This document shows positions 17,436 to 28,238 of a DNA stretch of 64,000 bases, in pieces. This DNA comes from a virus. Each line of letters begins with the position of its first letter. Position 1 is the first letter of the stretch. The notes beneath the pieces were generated by a model that was not told where the DNA came from, did no database searches, and saw only the letters and a list, made by a program, of their open reading frames with translations. The position numbers and the translations under genes were made by a program. The stretch covers positions 1 to 64,000 of the IMG/VR virus record IMGVR_UViG_3300035698_007208; one strand, given 5' to 3'.

Positions 17436-19981
17436 TGGCAAACACACAACCACCACCATATAATGAACCATCGTTACCAGGCAATCCTGTTGTTTATGGT
17501 AATGTTTTAGATTTATTTGATAATTATGCATACAATGCCCGGTTATATATGATACCAAAAGTAGCTGCTCCACCGCCAACCGGCAGTGCAGATACCAACA
17601 GCGATGAGGAACGAACAACTACACCTACTTCATCAAATAGTGGCGGTGGTGGTTTTGGTCATGGCTTTTTATCTGCATTACCAGCAGATACAGTTGTACT
17701 TGCACAATCAGCAGTTACTGGTACTCAGATTGACAATATAGATATATCTGTTGTCACTGGTCCAGGTAACACTATTGCGGTATCAAAAGTCAATTTTGAC
17801 ATTATACAGCCTGGCGCAGCTGATTTTTTAGATCAAATTATCGCAGCCAAATTATCGTTAGGTTTGCCAACAGCGTCAAACGATACTCCTATATTTTTAG
17901 AAATAAATTTTAAAGGATATACATCTGAAGTAGATCCTGATGGCGCTGGTATACCTACAGACATTGCTGGGCCTTTTATATATAAGTTAGGAATTGCATC
18001 TGTGGAACTAGCAATAAACGAAGAAGGGTCAAATTATGCATTTTCCTGTGTACCTCTGCCATACTCAGGTTATACTGACGAGTTATATACTGTTCCTACA
18101 TTAATAAAAAGTAGAGGTAGTACAATAGAGGAACATATTGCTATATTCCAAGATGCAATAAATTCACACACAATACAGGCAGATACTGCTTATCAAATAC
18201 CTGATGAAATAGAGTTTGACCTGAGTGGACTAAAAATAGAGGATAACCCAGAGTATGGGTTAAGTGATTTATCTCTCACAACCAGTGACAGAGATCGATC
18301 TGAAGAAGTTAATAGAATAATGAATCCTTCGCTAGAAGGGCTTTCAGAAGACCAATTTATAGAAGCATTGGCTGGTATAGAAACTGACGAAGGTCCACTT
18401 GACATTATAGTAACTAATGATGGAATTGTAGCAAGAGAAGGCATAACAATAGCAAGATATTTAGAAACACTATTGTCTATGAGTGATGAATTTTATAGCA
18501 AAATATCTAGAAAAGTTAATCCCAAAGACCCAAGCAACCTTGAGGTTAACAAAAGCCAAAAGTTTGTAAATTGGTATCGATTGCATACTTATGTAGAACT
18601 AAAAGACTACGATCACAAAAGAAATGCGTATGCAAGAAAAGTTGTATATAAACCAGTAATTTATGGATCAGGAAAAACAGTCATACAGATACAGGATAAT
18701 GAAAACAATTTAAATACAGAAGAAACTTCTTCTAGAATAAAGTCACTAGATATTAAAAAAGCATACCATTATCTTTTTACAGGACAAAATGACCAAATAC
18801 TTAGTTGTGATATAACTTACAAAACTGGTATTGGTATATTAGTTGCACCAACTGGTGGTATGTCTGGTGATGCAAGTACGGCATTTGTTAAGTCTATGGC
18901 AAGCAGCGCATCGCCAACATTGGACTTAACAAATACTGAACTATCGTCAGCATCACTTAAAGGAGAAACATTAGCCAAAATTACAGAACTATTAGGCGAG
19001 GCAGAATCTGGAGAAGTAGAAAGATTAGCATCGTCGGCAGGGTTTAGTTTACTTGATATTAAAGCTGCTATAAATAATGCAGCAAGCCAGTCTAGAATAA
19101 CATTGGCTAAGATTTTATCGGATCAACGACTAGCAGCAGCAGTTATATCCAATTCAATGTCTTCTCGTAGGTCAACATCTAGTGATGCAATTACTAATAC
19201 AGATGGTACTTTTTATTCGCCAACACCTTCAGGATATGTTTACTCAGCAGACTTAATAGGCGGATCAGGTGTAACTGATAGATTAAATACAGAAGCAGCA
19301 CTCAGGGAAGCGCAAGCGGTAGCGGCTAACGATTTAAATGAGTCCGCAGTTTGTGCAATCCCATCAAAAATATCAAAAGTTATACCATCGATTACGGAAG
19401 ATGCAACATACGATGGTACCCCTAGGAATACACTATTTGGCTATATATCTCAACAACACCAAGCAACAGATTTTTTAATTAACTTAGATATGCAAATACG
19501 TGGAGACCCATGGTACTTAGGTGAAGCAAACACAAATAGTTTAGATCCACTTAAAAAACAAGGAGCACTGTATCTAGCAAATTCAACACCAACTGGTGTA
19601 AATTTTAAAGGTAATGATGTTTTTGTATATTTTGACATGCAATCACAAAGAAGATTTGATCAAGACGTGTTAGATGAAGACAACAATACTGGATATTGGT
19701 CACCATCAGGTACAGCTTATTTTATTAGTGGCATTTATCGAGTAGTTACAGTAGTAAGTCGGTTTAGCCAAGGACAATTTACACAGGAATTGCAATTAAA
19801 AAAAGAACCAGGTTTTCAACCGAACAAAATTAGCGATCCAAAAGAATTAACTACAGCAGAATTAAACGATTTGGAAATAGAAACAGAGCAACAAAAACTA
19901 GATGCACGTTATCATTTAGCACTCAGAGAATGGGAAGAATTTGGTAAACCATTTAACGTACCACCACCAACCCGATTTTAA
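17435..19981 (+). CDS. Baseplate hub protein (gp27/gpD-like)
   Basis: C-terminal IRGDP...SGIYRVVTVVSRFSQGQFTQELQL; lies between gp53 and gp5. Confidence 0.65.
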   Translation: MANTQPPPYNEPSLPGNPVVYGNVLDLFDNYAYNARLYMIPKVAAPPPTGSADTNSDEERTTTPTSSNSGGGGFGHGFLSALPADTVVLAQSAVTGTQIDNIDISVVTGPGNTIAVSKVNFDIIQPGAADFLDQIIAAKLSLGLPTASNDTPIFLEINFKGYTSEVDPDGAGIPTDIAGPFIYKLGIASVELAINEEGSNYAFSCVPLPYSGYTDELYTVPTLIKSRGSTIEEHIAIFQDAINSHTIQADTAYQIPDEIEFDLSGLKIEDNPEYGLSDLSLTTSDRDRSEEVNRIMNPSLEGLSEDQFIEALAGIETDEGPLDIIVTNDGIVAREGITIARYLETLLSMSDEFYSKISRKVNPKDPSNLEVNKSQKFVNWYRLHTYVELKDYDHKRNAYARKVVYKPVIYGSGKTVIQIQDNENNLNTEETSSRIKSLDIKKAYHYLFTGQNDQILSCDITYKTGIGILVAPTGGMSGDASTAFVKSMASSASPTLDLTNTELSSASLKGETLAKITELLGEAESGEVERLASSAGFSLLDIKAAINNAASQSRITLAKILSDQRLAAAVISNSMSSRRSTSSDAITNTDGTFYSPTPSGYVYSADLIGGSGVTDRLNTEAALREAQAVAANDLNESAVCAIPSKISKVIPSITEDATYDGTPRNTLFGYISQQHQATDFLINLDMQIRGDPWYLGEANTNSLDPLKKQGALYLANSTPTGVNFKGNDVFVYFDMQSQRRFDQDVLDEDNNTGYWSPSGTAYFISGIYRVVTVVSRFSQGQFTQELQLKKEPGFQPNKISDPKELTTAELNDLEIETEQQKLDARYHLALREWEEFGKPFNVPPPTRF

Positions 19982-19993
19982 GGAAAACACACA

Positions 19994-20434
19994 ATGAACA
20001 GACAGAACGTATATGAGCAATTGCAGTTAGACGAGGGCATAGAATATAATATTTATAATGACCACTTAGGGCACCCAACTGTTGGTGTTGGTCATTTAAT
20101 ATTAAATACTGATGAAGAATATGGCAAAGCTATTGGTACATTAGTTACCAAAGAACGAGTAGCATTCTTGTTTGACCAAGATTTAAATTTAGCTATTTCT
20201 GAAGCTAACGTGTTATATGATGATTTTAATGACTTGCCTGATGAAGTGCAAGAAATAATAATTAATATGATTTTTAATATGGGCCGCCCACGACTTTCAA
20301 AATTCGTAGGAATGCGTCGAGGTGTTGACGCTAGAGATTGGCACGATGCAGCAGATGAAATGGTTGACAGTATGTGGCATAAGCAAGTTACAAATAGGGC
20401 AAATCGATTAGTTGAGAGAATGAGGAACGTATGA
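19994..20434 (+). CDS. T4-type lysozyme (GH24)
   Basis: DEG..IYNDHLGHPTVGVGHL (E-x8-D-x5-T triad), NMIFNMG, EMVDSMW, NRA. Confidence 0.92.
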   Translation: MNRQNVYEQLQLDEGIEYNIYNDHLGHPTVGVGHLILNTDEEYGKAIGTLVTKERVAFLFDQDLNLAISEANVLYDDFNDLPDEVQEIIINMIFNMGRPRLSKFVGMRRGVDARDWHDAADEMVDSMWHKQVTNRANRLVERMRNV

Positions 20435-20895
20435 GTCAAACTATCAGTACAGATGTAAATCGAATAAGTGGAAAAAATCCCACCCAAAAGCTAAACGAGT
20501 TAAAATCGTCTGTTTTTGGTATATATTTGGCTGAAATACAAAGTCCTGTAGACAAATCAAGATCAGGATGGGTTTCAGTGCATATTCCTGCGTTAGGTAA
20601 AGACAAAAACAAAGACACTGTACTTGATGCTATATGGACTACACCTTTTGGCGGCAGTACTGATCCAAGAACAATAGGTACTGATATACAAGACCCATCA
20701 CAAACTATGAGTTCTTATGGATTTTGGGGTGTTGTTCCAGACGCAGGAAATTTCGTACTTGTGACATTTGCTGATGGTAACACTAAGTTTCCCTATGTTA
20801 TTAGTTGTATATTCCCAGATAAGCTTAATAGTATGCTGCCAGGAAATGCGGGCAATAAAACCTATCAAGCACCAGGTAAGAATTGCCATCTTTAA
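20431..20895 (+). CDS. Baseplate spike gp5/VgrG-like, N-terminal OB-fold part
   Basis: D.SRSG...V.IP, PFGG, SYGFW..VPDAGNFVLVTFADG...PY motif. Confidence 0.75.
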   Translation: MSQTISTDVNRISGKNPTQKLNELKSSVFGIYLAEIQSPVDKSRSGWVSVHIPALGKDKNKDTVLDAIWTTPFGGSTDPRTIGTDIQDPSQTMSSYGFWGVVPDAGNFVLVTFADGNTKFPYVISCIFPDKLNSMLPGNAGNKTYQAPGKNCHL

Positions 20896-22937
20896 GAAAA
20901 AATAAACGAACAGCAGACATTAATCATAACGATACATTCAGACCAATTCAGCACACGTTATCAGAATCAATAGTTAAGCAAGGATTGGTTGACGACCCAA
21001 TCCGCGGCGCAGGTACTAGTTCTGCAAGACGAGAATCACCAAGCCAAGTAGTTGGGTTGTTAAGTCCAGGACCAAAAGATCCCGAAAAGAAAAATTACAG
21101 ACTTGGTGGACACTCTATAACATTAGATGATAGTTTAGCAAGTAGAAATATAAGAATAAGAACAGCACAAGGTAATCAATTATTAATGGATGATACGACT
21201 GGTATTATTTATATGATTAACAAAGACGGTAAGGCTTGGATGGAGCTTAATCAGGTAGGCGATGTGCTATTGTATGCAGAAGGCAGTATAAGTATGCGAG
21301 CCAAAGGCGATTTTAACATTAGAGCGGATAACGATGTTAACATTGAAGCAGGCCAGAACGTTAACATTAAGGCAGCAGGGGACACGGTTACAGAAGCAGC
21401 CGCCAACAAATATACCAAACAAACACTTGGCACATTGCCACCAGTTGGTGGATTTGTAAATATTGAATCAGCAGCTGACTTCAATTTAATTGCTAGCACC
21501 AACATTGCCATGACGTCTTTCGGCGGCGAAACTAACCTCAATGCCGCAGGCAATTTTAATATAACAGCAGGAAAGCATATTAATACAAAAGCAAAATCTA
21601 AAATTAATACATCAGCTGGTGAAAATATTAGCTTCAAATCGCAAAGCAGTATAATATCAGAATCAGCAGACAATCTTGTTGTCAAAACTGGCGGGAAAAT
21701 GTTGGTTAACAGTGGCGGATCAACAGCAACGCCGGCATTATCAGCTACTACTGCTAAAACAATTGGGACGATATCGCAACAAGACCAAGGTCAAGAGGCT
21801 CCTGGTTATAACAGGACTGCGGAATCACCACTTACAACGAATGGAGCAAGAACCGGTGATTCGCCTACAATAACTACTATTGTTAAGAATTTAGTTACTG
21901 CGGAACCATACGAAGGACATGCAATTCCAAGCCCAGAAACAGAAAACCCAGCAAGCATTGTGCCTGATGAGACCTTAATGAATAGTTTACCAACAGGCAG
22001 CAATGGTCTACTAGATGCAGCTGGTAATGCCCTACCAGCTCCTGCGAACACGCCTGCTGGTTTTCTAAACGGAACTGGGTATACTGGCACCGGATTGCCA
22101 CAATTTGGCATACCGCTCGCTGTAGCAAATAATTTTAGTCCAGCAGGAGCAAAACAGTTTCTTGGTTCAGCCTCGTTAGCAAACATAGCAGGCGCACTTA
22201 GTTCAAGTATTCCACTTTTACGTACACCAACGGTTACCGCGGGTGGTGTAATACGATTAGGTATACAAGGCACGTTAAGTGAATTTTCAGCAAGACTAGG
22301 ATCAATAGGGATAGACGCCGCCGGCGCTATATCTGACTTGCAACGAGGCGAACTTCAGGGATTTAAAAACAGAATTAATAGGATTAGACAAACTGTACGA
22401 TCGCCAGAGCAATTTCTAGAAGTATTAAGACAGGAAGGAATACAAAGTATTGTTGACGGTGCTGGTACTATATTTGTTGACGCTAATGGTAGGAAAATTA
22501 TTGATTTTAATAAAGGATTGGGGTCAATAAGCCATCAGCTTATTTTGGCAGCAAACTTAGGAACTGTAGCTAACGTTATTAGAAATTTAACAGGCGTACC
22601 AATTAGTGATAACCAACTTGGCGCACTTGTAAGCTTTGCAGATCAAGTTGGTACAGATAATTATGCTAAAAGTCAAGTGCTTACTGAATTGAATGCAGGA
22701 AATTATGCAGGTGTACCAAATGCAATGATGGAATTTACCCAAGGATCTTATGGTATGGGACCAACAGCAGTAACAAGAGCAGACTACGTACAGCGCAGAC
22801 AGTATGAGGGAGAATTATTTGCTACTCCTGACGGGGTTAGTATTCCTACATACAACAGTAGAGTATCGTTTGCACAACAAGCAAGAGATTTAAGGCAAGC
22901 AAGAGAGGACTATGTATGCAGGTGTCAGTCTGCATAG
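20883..22937 (+). CDS. Baseplate spike gp5-like, C-terminal part (beta-helix plus degenerate lysozyme domain)
   Basis: SSARRESPSQV, GHSITLDD, IRIRTAQGNQLLMDD, NI.AG repeats; lies in the -1 frame relative to the N-terminal part. Confidence 0.75.
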   Translation: MPSLRKNKRTADINHNDTFRPIQHTLSESIVKQGLVDDPIRGAGTSSARRESPSQVVGLLSPGPKDPEKKNYRLGGHSITLDDSLASRNIRIRTAQGNQLLMDDTTGIIYMINKDGKAWMELNQVGDVLLYAEGSISMRAKGDFNIRADNDVNIEAGQNVNIKAAGDTVTEAAANKYTKQTLGTLPPVGGFVNIESAADFNLIASTNIAMTSFGGETNLNAAGNFNITAGKHINTKAKSKINTSAGENISFKSQSSIISESADNLVVKTGGKMLVNSGGSTATPALSATTAKTIGTISQQDQGQEAPGYNRTAESPLTTNGARTGDSPTITTIVKNLVTAEPYEGHAIPSPETENPASIVPDETLMNSLPTGSNGLLDAAGNALPAPANTPAGFLNGTGYTGTGLPQFGIPLAVANNFSPAGAKQFLGSASLANIAGALSSSIPLLRTPTVTAGGVIRLGIQGTLSEFSARLGSIGIDAAGAISDLQRGELQGFKNRINRIRQTVRSPEQFLEVLRQEGIQSIVDGAGTIFVDANGRKIIDFNKGLGSISHQLILAANLGTVANVIRNLTGVPISDNQLGALVSFADQVGTDNYAKSQVLTELNAGNYAGVPNAMMEFTQGSYGMGPTAVTRADYVQRRQYEGELFATPDGVSIPTYNSRVSFAQQARDLRQAREDYVCRCQSA

Positions 22938-22939
22938 TT

Positions 22940-23275
22940 TTATTTTTTATTTAAGTCGACAATGCGTTTATATGCATTATATTTTTCAGAAACTTCATCT
23001 TTAACTGTTTGCTCTAGTATTTTAACTTTCCTATTTAAGTACGAAACTTCTTTCTTTAATTCAGCAACAGTTGTTTCTAAACTAGATTTAGATGGGGAAA
23101 CAGATGTAAAACTTACACCAGTTAAACTTGTTGTAAGTACATTAGTAGGACACTGTTGCCCTACAGTGACCGTAGTTACTGTAGGGCATGCAATCGTAAT
23201 GCTGTTATTTGATGACATATTTGTATTAATCATTTCATCCACTGTATCCTCTGATAAGTTTTTCCATCTTATCAA
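22940..23275 (-). CDS. Hypothetical protein with C-terminal coiled coil
   Basis: 111-aa ORF; true start may be internal (ATG 23233 or 23218). Confidence 0.55.
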   Translation of the reverse strand: MIRWKNLSEDTVDEMINTNMSSNNSITIACPTVTTVTVGQQCPTNVLTTSLTGVSFTSVSPSKSSLETTVAELKKEVSYLNRKVKILEQTVKDEVSEKYNAYKRIVDLNKK

Positions 23276-23492
23276 ACTCTAATGGTCTGCGGTTTTTGTT
23301 GTATCGATAATTACCAGCAAAATTGATGCTGTCAAACAGTTCATATTTTTTAGTATGTCCGTCGTAAATACCAACAGTTACAAATCGTTTACTTTGCTGA
23401 AAGATCCTATGAAATCTAGGCTTTTTGTAGGCGGAGTTGCTATTATTAGCTTTCTCCCATATTGTTTCGAATTCTTTATTTAATTTGAACAT
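23235..23492 (-). CDS. Hypothetical protein
   Basis: 85-aa ORF with upstream promoter motifs. Confidence 0.65.
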   Translation of the reverse strand: MFKLNKEFETIWEKANNSNSAYKKPRFHRIFQQSKRFVTVGIYDGHTKKYELFDSINFAGNYRYNKNRRPLEFDKMEKLIRGYSG

Positions 23493-23550
23493 AGCATGTC
23501 TCTACTATTTAGTTAGTGGGTTAAAAGAAATATTTATTACTAAAGTTAAT

Positions 23551-23578
23551 ATTATACATTGAATACTGGAAAAGTCAA
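23551..23578 (-). promoter_or_regulatory. Sigma70-type promoter
   Basis: TTGACT-16 nt-TATAAT upstream of the 23492 ORF. Confidence 0.6.
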
Positions 23579-23622
23579 GTTTTTCAATGGCATCAATAGA
23601 TATGTATGTAGTTAAATTATTA

Positions 23623-23630
23623 GATAAATA
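23623..23630 (+). promoter_or_regulatory. Late promoter GATAAATA for the gp25-gp6-giant gene operon
   Basis: Recurrent motif, intergenic. Confidence 0.65.
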
Positions 23631-23661
23631 AGGATAACACGGTAAAGTAGCTAAGGGTAGC

Positions 23662-24027
23662 ATGGTAACAATATTTAAAGGATTTAACACAGTAGACAAA
23701 GTTCGCGCACCGTACACATTAACGGATGTTGACCTTATTAAACGCGACTTACTTAATGAGTTTTATACAAAAAAGGGTGAGCGAGTAATGCGTCCAAATT
23801 TTGGAAGTATTATATGGGATTTACTTATGAACCCACAAGACAATTTTACTGAGACGGAAGTAAAAGAGGACATTGAGCGCATCATATCAAAGCATAGCAG
23901 AGTAAAGCTAGTAGAAATTACAGTTTTTTCTTCAGATAAAGCAATCAGAGCAGAAATTACCCTAAATTACGTACTATTGGAATCAACAGACGTACTTTAC
24001 CTTGAATTCATAAACGATCAAATATAG
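23662..24027 (+). CDS. gp25: Baseplate wedge subunit gp25-like
   Basis: LIKRDLLN..YTKKGERVMRPNFGS.IWDLL motif. Confidence 0.9.
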   Translation: MVTIFKGFNTVDKVRAPYTLTDVDLIKRDLLNEFYTKKGERVMRPNFGSIIWDLLMNPQDNFTETEVKEDIERIISKHSRVKLVEITVFSSDKAIRAEITLNYVLLESTDVLYLEFINDQI

Positions 24028-24053
24028 GACAATAAGATGAGAGAACATAACTA

Positions 24054-27000
24054 ATGGCTACTGTATCAAGACAAGACAATTTATTCGCGGCTGAAGACTG
24101 GAAGGTTGCATATACTGCATTTAGTCAAGTAAATTTCCAAGCATACGACTTTGATACTATTCGAGCAGCGTTAGTAGATTACCTCAAAACTAATTTTCCA
24201 GAAAATTTTAGTGATTACACTGATAGTTCAGAAATGATTGCAATTATAGAAATGTTAGCATACTTAAGTCAAAGTCTTGCATTTAGAATGGATTTGAACA
24301 GCAGAGAGAACTTTTTAGAAACTGCTGAAAGGCGTGATAGTGTATTCAAATTAGCAAGAATGCTTGGTTATAACCCAAAACGCAATGTACCAGCAAGTGG
24401 GCTAATGAAAGTTACATCGATCAGGACAACTGAGCCCATTACTGATAGTGTAGGTAATGAATTAAATAACATTAACGTTTTTTGGGATGATGCAAATAAT
24501 CCCGATAGTTATGAGCAGTTTATTACTATATTGAACAGTGCAATGAGTAGTACGAATAGGTTCAGCACCCCAGTTAAAACAGGCAAAGTAGCAGGTATTG
24601 CGACTGATATATATGAAATTAATACTCAACTAAACTCACCGTTAGTGTACAACTTTGCATTGAATGTTAGTGGCATAAATAGGCCATTCCAAGCAGTTAA
24701 TCCTGACTTTAAAGATGGCGGTGTATTTACAGAGCTCCATCCAGACCCATCAAATAACTATAATTTAATTTATAGGAATGATGGATTAGGCATTAGCAGT
24801 GTAAACACTGGATTCTTTGTTATGTTTAAGCAAGGAATATTGCAAACTGAAGATTTTAATTATACGATCCCAATTGAAAGTAGAATACAAGATATAACTA
24901 CAGCAAATGTTAATGAAACTGACATTTTTCTGCAATCAATTAATAAAAGTGGTTCAGTACTGACGAAATGGACAAAAATACCAAATACTGTTGGACAAAC
25001 ACTAAACTTTAATGATATTTCATTAGACACTCGTGACCTGTATTCAACTGAAAATTTAAATAATGATGGCGTTAGGATAAGATTTCCCGATGGTAATTTT
25101 GGAAATATACCAGTCGGACTTTTTCGTTTACATTACAGAACAAGTGCAGGTGAGTTTTTCTCGATCCACCCAGAAGACGCTCGTAATGTTACCATTAATA
25201 TACCTTATGAAAATGCACAAGGCACTAGTTTTACATTAACAGTAACTATGAGCTTACAAGAAACTGTAAGTAATAGCTTGCCACCAGAAACATTAGAAGC
25301 AATCAAAACTAGAGCACCACAGGTATTTTACACTCAAAATAGAATGGTAAGCGCACAAGATTATAATATTTTTCCTTTAAGTCAATCTACCAATATTACT
25401 AAGCTTAAAGCAATCAATCGCACGCATGCAGGGCATAGTCGCTTTATTGATATAAATGACCCAACTGGAACATTTCAAAATGTTGAAACATTTACTGAAG
25501 ATGGTGCATTGTATAGCGAAATTAAAAACGGAATTGAAAGTGTTTCCGTAACAGAAAACAACACAACATCTGAAATTATAACAGGTACATTACCTGTTAT
25601 TTTAAAAAACCAAAATTTAAATAATTTTGTATATAATGATTTCCGTAAAAAATGGATGCAAGCAAATAATAATAAATTTGATATATCAGGAAAGGGCGCA
25701 ATATGGAGAACATTGCCAGTTGTGTCTGGAACAAGTTTTTCCGGTTACTTTGATGAAGGAGTGAGCGACCCTGGAAACACAAGTGTATTGAATAACACAT
25801 TTAGCGGTTTCAGAATGTTTAATGAAAATACATTTATAAAATTTGTTAATCCAATAGACCAGACTCAATTTAAGTGGGCAAGAATCATAAGCGTAGCTAA
25901 TAATGGATCGTTGTCAAGTGGCTTGAGTACTGCAATTGGTCCATTTTTATTAAGTACTGACATACAAAACGGATGGAGGCCATCTGAATATATTGCGACT
26001 ATGCGAAAAACATTCACTCTCTCAGAAGAAGTGCTCATAAAGGACCAAATGGATAGTAAGCAAACATTTGGTTTACGTTATGATATAGAATTAGACGTAT
26101 GGAATGTAATTACAAATGAAAACTTAGATAAAACTAGTGACTGGTCTGCATTAAATTCAGGCTCAACAACTGCCCTGGCCGAAGATTCTAGTTGGTTGTT
26201 AAAATTTATATATACTCCAATTAGTGCATTTTCATACAAGTACTTAATAACACTACGTGGGCAGTTTTACGTAGTGCAAAGTAGAAATAATCTTAAATTT
26301 TATAACATTAATAATGTTAAAATAGCTGATTCTGAAAATCAGGCAAGCAAGGATAAAATTACATTTACTACATTAAACTTCAAACCAGGTGACCGAGAAA
26401 CATTTAAATGGATAGACACTGATTTGAATGACATTGGTGACAGATGGGAAAGTGATGAAACTTTTGAAAAATACCAGTCTGTTGATTATGATACTGGTTT
26501 GCCATTAAGGACAAGATCAACAAAATGGTTTGATCTTGATATTGACTATGTTACAAGCTCTGGTATATTCAAGAACGGTGACTTTACGTCTAATGTTTTT
26601 GTTAACCAGGCTACGATTCCACTTAATCCATACTTTGCAGATGGCACTGAAGGCGCAAGCGGTACCAGTAATATAACTATTTCAAATAACTCAGGAAAAA
26701 TAAATCAATGGCCTAGTAACATTGTAATTGACTTTAGTAATACAACATTTGGTTTTGATATTTTTGATTCAGCAAACGGCAATGTTGTATATAGAGATTT
26801 TAATCCCGCGACAGGCAATGTTGAAATATACCAAGCTAATATTACTGGTGTAACAAAGAGTTTTGGAGTAAACGGCGCACTGTATAATACAGAAAGCACA
26901 GGGAGATTGATTCTTGCTAATGCAAATCTTACAGCGCAAACGGGCAATCTAGTTATAACAAATATGGACGAAAACAACTATTCACATGTTTATGACTCAA

Positions 27001-28232
27001 CTGGTACATTAAGCCAAGATCGATTAGTTGTTAAGTACCAAACAAACAAAGCAAAATTAGAACAAGATGTAATTTGGGATGCAATCTCGCCAGTAAAATT
27101 TAATGACGGTTACACTGATAACAGAAAAATAATAGTTGCAGCAATTGACACAGATGGCGATTTAGTACCTAACCGACCACTACAATTTAATGAGTTAGTT
27201 AGTGCAGCTGATTTGGTATTCTTTGAATTCTATACCGACTTTGATGGTTACTCTTATGATCGCCCTTTAGCTGGCGGAATTATAGATTTTAGAAATGAAG
27301 ATGTGCTAAATATTAACATAGGAAATGATACGGTATTTCCTGGATCACGAACAACTAATGTTACTGATTTAACAAAGCAGCGAGTAATTGTTGTTAAAGA
27401 TGATACGTTCATTTTTGGGTCTGGCTCTCAAATTGGGTTAAACAATTCAGCAGGAAAACTGATTGGGTTAGTTGTTTATGATTTTAGTACTAAAATAATT
27501 TATCAAATGATATCAAGTAGTACAAACCCTTTGGTGGTTGAAGCAACAGTGACTCCTGATTATTTTGTAAGAAATGGTCGGGCAGCAGGACAAAATACGG
27601 CACTGCTAGAAGATGATGAAATTATATTTAAATGGTCACACGTGGCACCTAACGATGTTAGAATAGACCCAAGCATTAGTAATGTGGTTGAAATGTTAAT
27701 ATTATCAACTAGTTACCATAATGAAATATTAAAATATAAAAATGTACCCGGTACTAATTTTCCGGCACCGCCAACTAGTGCCGAATTAAAAAACGAGTTT
27801 ATAGCACTAGATGAATTCAAAAGTGCCAGTGATACATTGGTTTACAGAAGTGCAGCTTTTAAATTATTGTTTGGTACTGATGCAGCACCAGAAAATCAAG
27901 CAAGGTTTAGAATAGTTAAATTACAAAACACTGTATTAAGTGACAATGAAATTAAAAGTAGAGTAATTACTGCATTTAATGAATATTTTACAATTACCAA
28001 TTGGGAATTTGGAGAAATATTTTACTTTACGGAATTAAGTAGTTATGTACATCAACAATTAGGCAGTAATATCGGAAGTATCGTTATTATTCCAAAGAAC
28101 GCCCAAGGATCATTTGGAGATTTGTTTCAAATTAAAGCAGAACCAAACCAGTTATTCTTGAACACAGCGAAAGTAAGTGATATTGAAATTATTGATAAAA
28201 TTTCAGCACAAACATTGAGAGCCGATAGGTAA
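24054..28232 (+). CDS. gp6: Baseplate wedge subunit gp6-like (extended)
   Basis: DFDTIR, ENFLETA.RRDSV..LARMLGYNP, FPDGNFG.IP, ETLEAIK.RAP..F.TQNRMVSAQDY. Confidence 0.9.
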   Translation: MATVSRQDNLFAAEDWKVAYTAFSQVNFQAYDFDTIRAALVDYLKTNFPENFSDYTDSSEMIAIIEMLAYLSQSLAFRMDLNSRENFLETAERRDSVFKLARMLGYNPKRNVPASGLMKVTSIRTTEPITDSVGNELNNINVFWDDANNPDSYEQFITILNSAMSSTNRFSTPVKTGKVAGIATDIYEINTQLNSPLVYNFALNVSGINRPFQAVNPDFKDGGVFTELHPDPSNNYNLIYRNDGLGISSVNTGFFVMFKQGILQTEDFNYTIPIESRIQDITTANVNETDIFLQSINKSGSVLTKWTKIPNTVGQTLNFNDISLDTRDLYSTENLNNDGVRIRFPDGNFGNIPVGLFRLHYRTSAGEFFSIHPEDARNVTINIPYENAQGTSFTLTVTMSLQETVSNSLPPETLEAIKTRAPQVFYTQNRMVSAQDYNIFPLSQSTNITKLKAINRTHAGHSRFIDINDPTGTFQNVETFTEDGALYSEIKNGIESVSVTENNTTSEIITGTLPVILKNQNLNNFVYNDFRKKWMQANNNKFDISGKGAIWRTLPVVSGTSFSGYFDEGVSDPGNTSVLNNTFSGFRMFNENTFIKFVNPIDQTQFKWARIISVANNGSLSSGLSTAIGPFLLSTDIQNGWRPSEYIATMRKTFTLSEEVLIKDQMDSKQTFGLRYDIELDVWNVITNENLDKTSDWSALNSGSTTALAEDSSWLLKFIYTPISAFSYKYLITLRGQFYVVQSRNNLKFYNINNVKIADSENQASKDKITFTTLNFKPGDRETFKWIDTDLNDIGDRWESDETFEKYQSVDYDTGLPLRTRSTKWFDLDIDYVTSSGIFKNGDFTSNVFVNQATIPLNPYFADGTEGASGTSNITISNNSGKINQWPSNIVIDFSNTTFGFDIFDSANGNVVYRDFNPATGNVEIYQANITGVTKSFGVNGALYNTESTGRLILANANLTAQTGNLVITNMDENNYSHVYDSTGTLSQDRLVVKYQTNKAKLEQDVIWDAISPVKFNDGYTDNRKIIVAAIDTDGDLVPNRPLQFNELVSAADLVFFEFYTDFDGYSYDRPLAGGIIDFRNEDVLNINIGNDTVFPGSRTTNVTDLTKQRVIVVKDDTFIFGSGSQIGLNNSAGKLIGLVVYDFSTKIIYQMISSSTNPLVVEATVTPDYFVRNGRAAGQNTALLEDDEIIFKWSHVAPNDVRIDPSISNVVEMLILSTSYHNEILKYKNVPGTNFPAPPTSAELKNEFIALDEFKSASDTLVYRSAAFKLLFGTDAAPENQARFRIVKLQNTVLSDNEIKSRVITAFNEYFTITNWEFGEIFYFTELSSYVHQQLGSNIGSIVIIPKNAQGSFGDLFQIKAEPNQLFLNTAKVSDIEIIDKISAQTLRADR

Positions 28233-28238
28233 GCAGTA

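Noticed and set aside
20887-20905. RF2-style +1 frameshift at CTT TAA in gp5
   Set aside because: The +1 frame hits TAA after four codons; the continuation is in the -1 frame
23505-23717. 70-aa minus-strand ORF
   Set aside because: Overlaps gp25 antisense and the divergent promoter region
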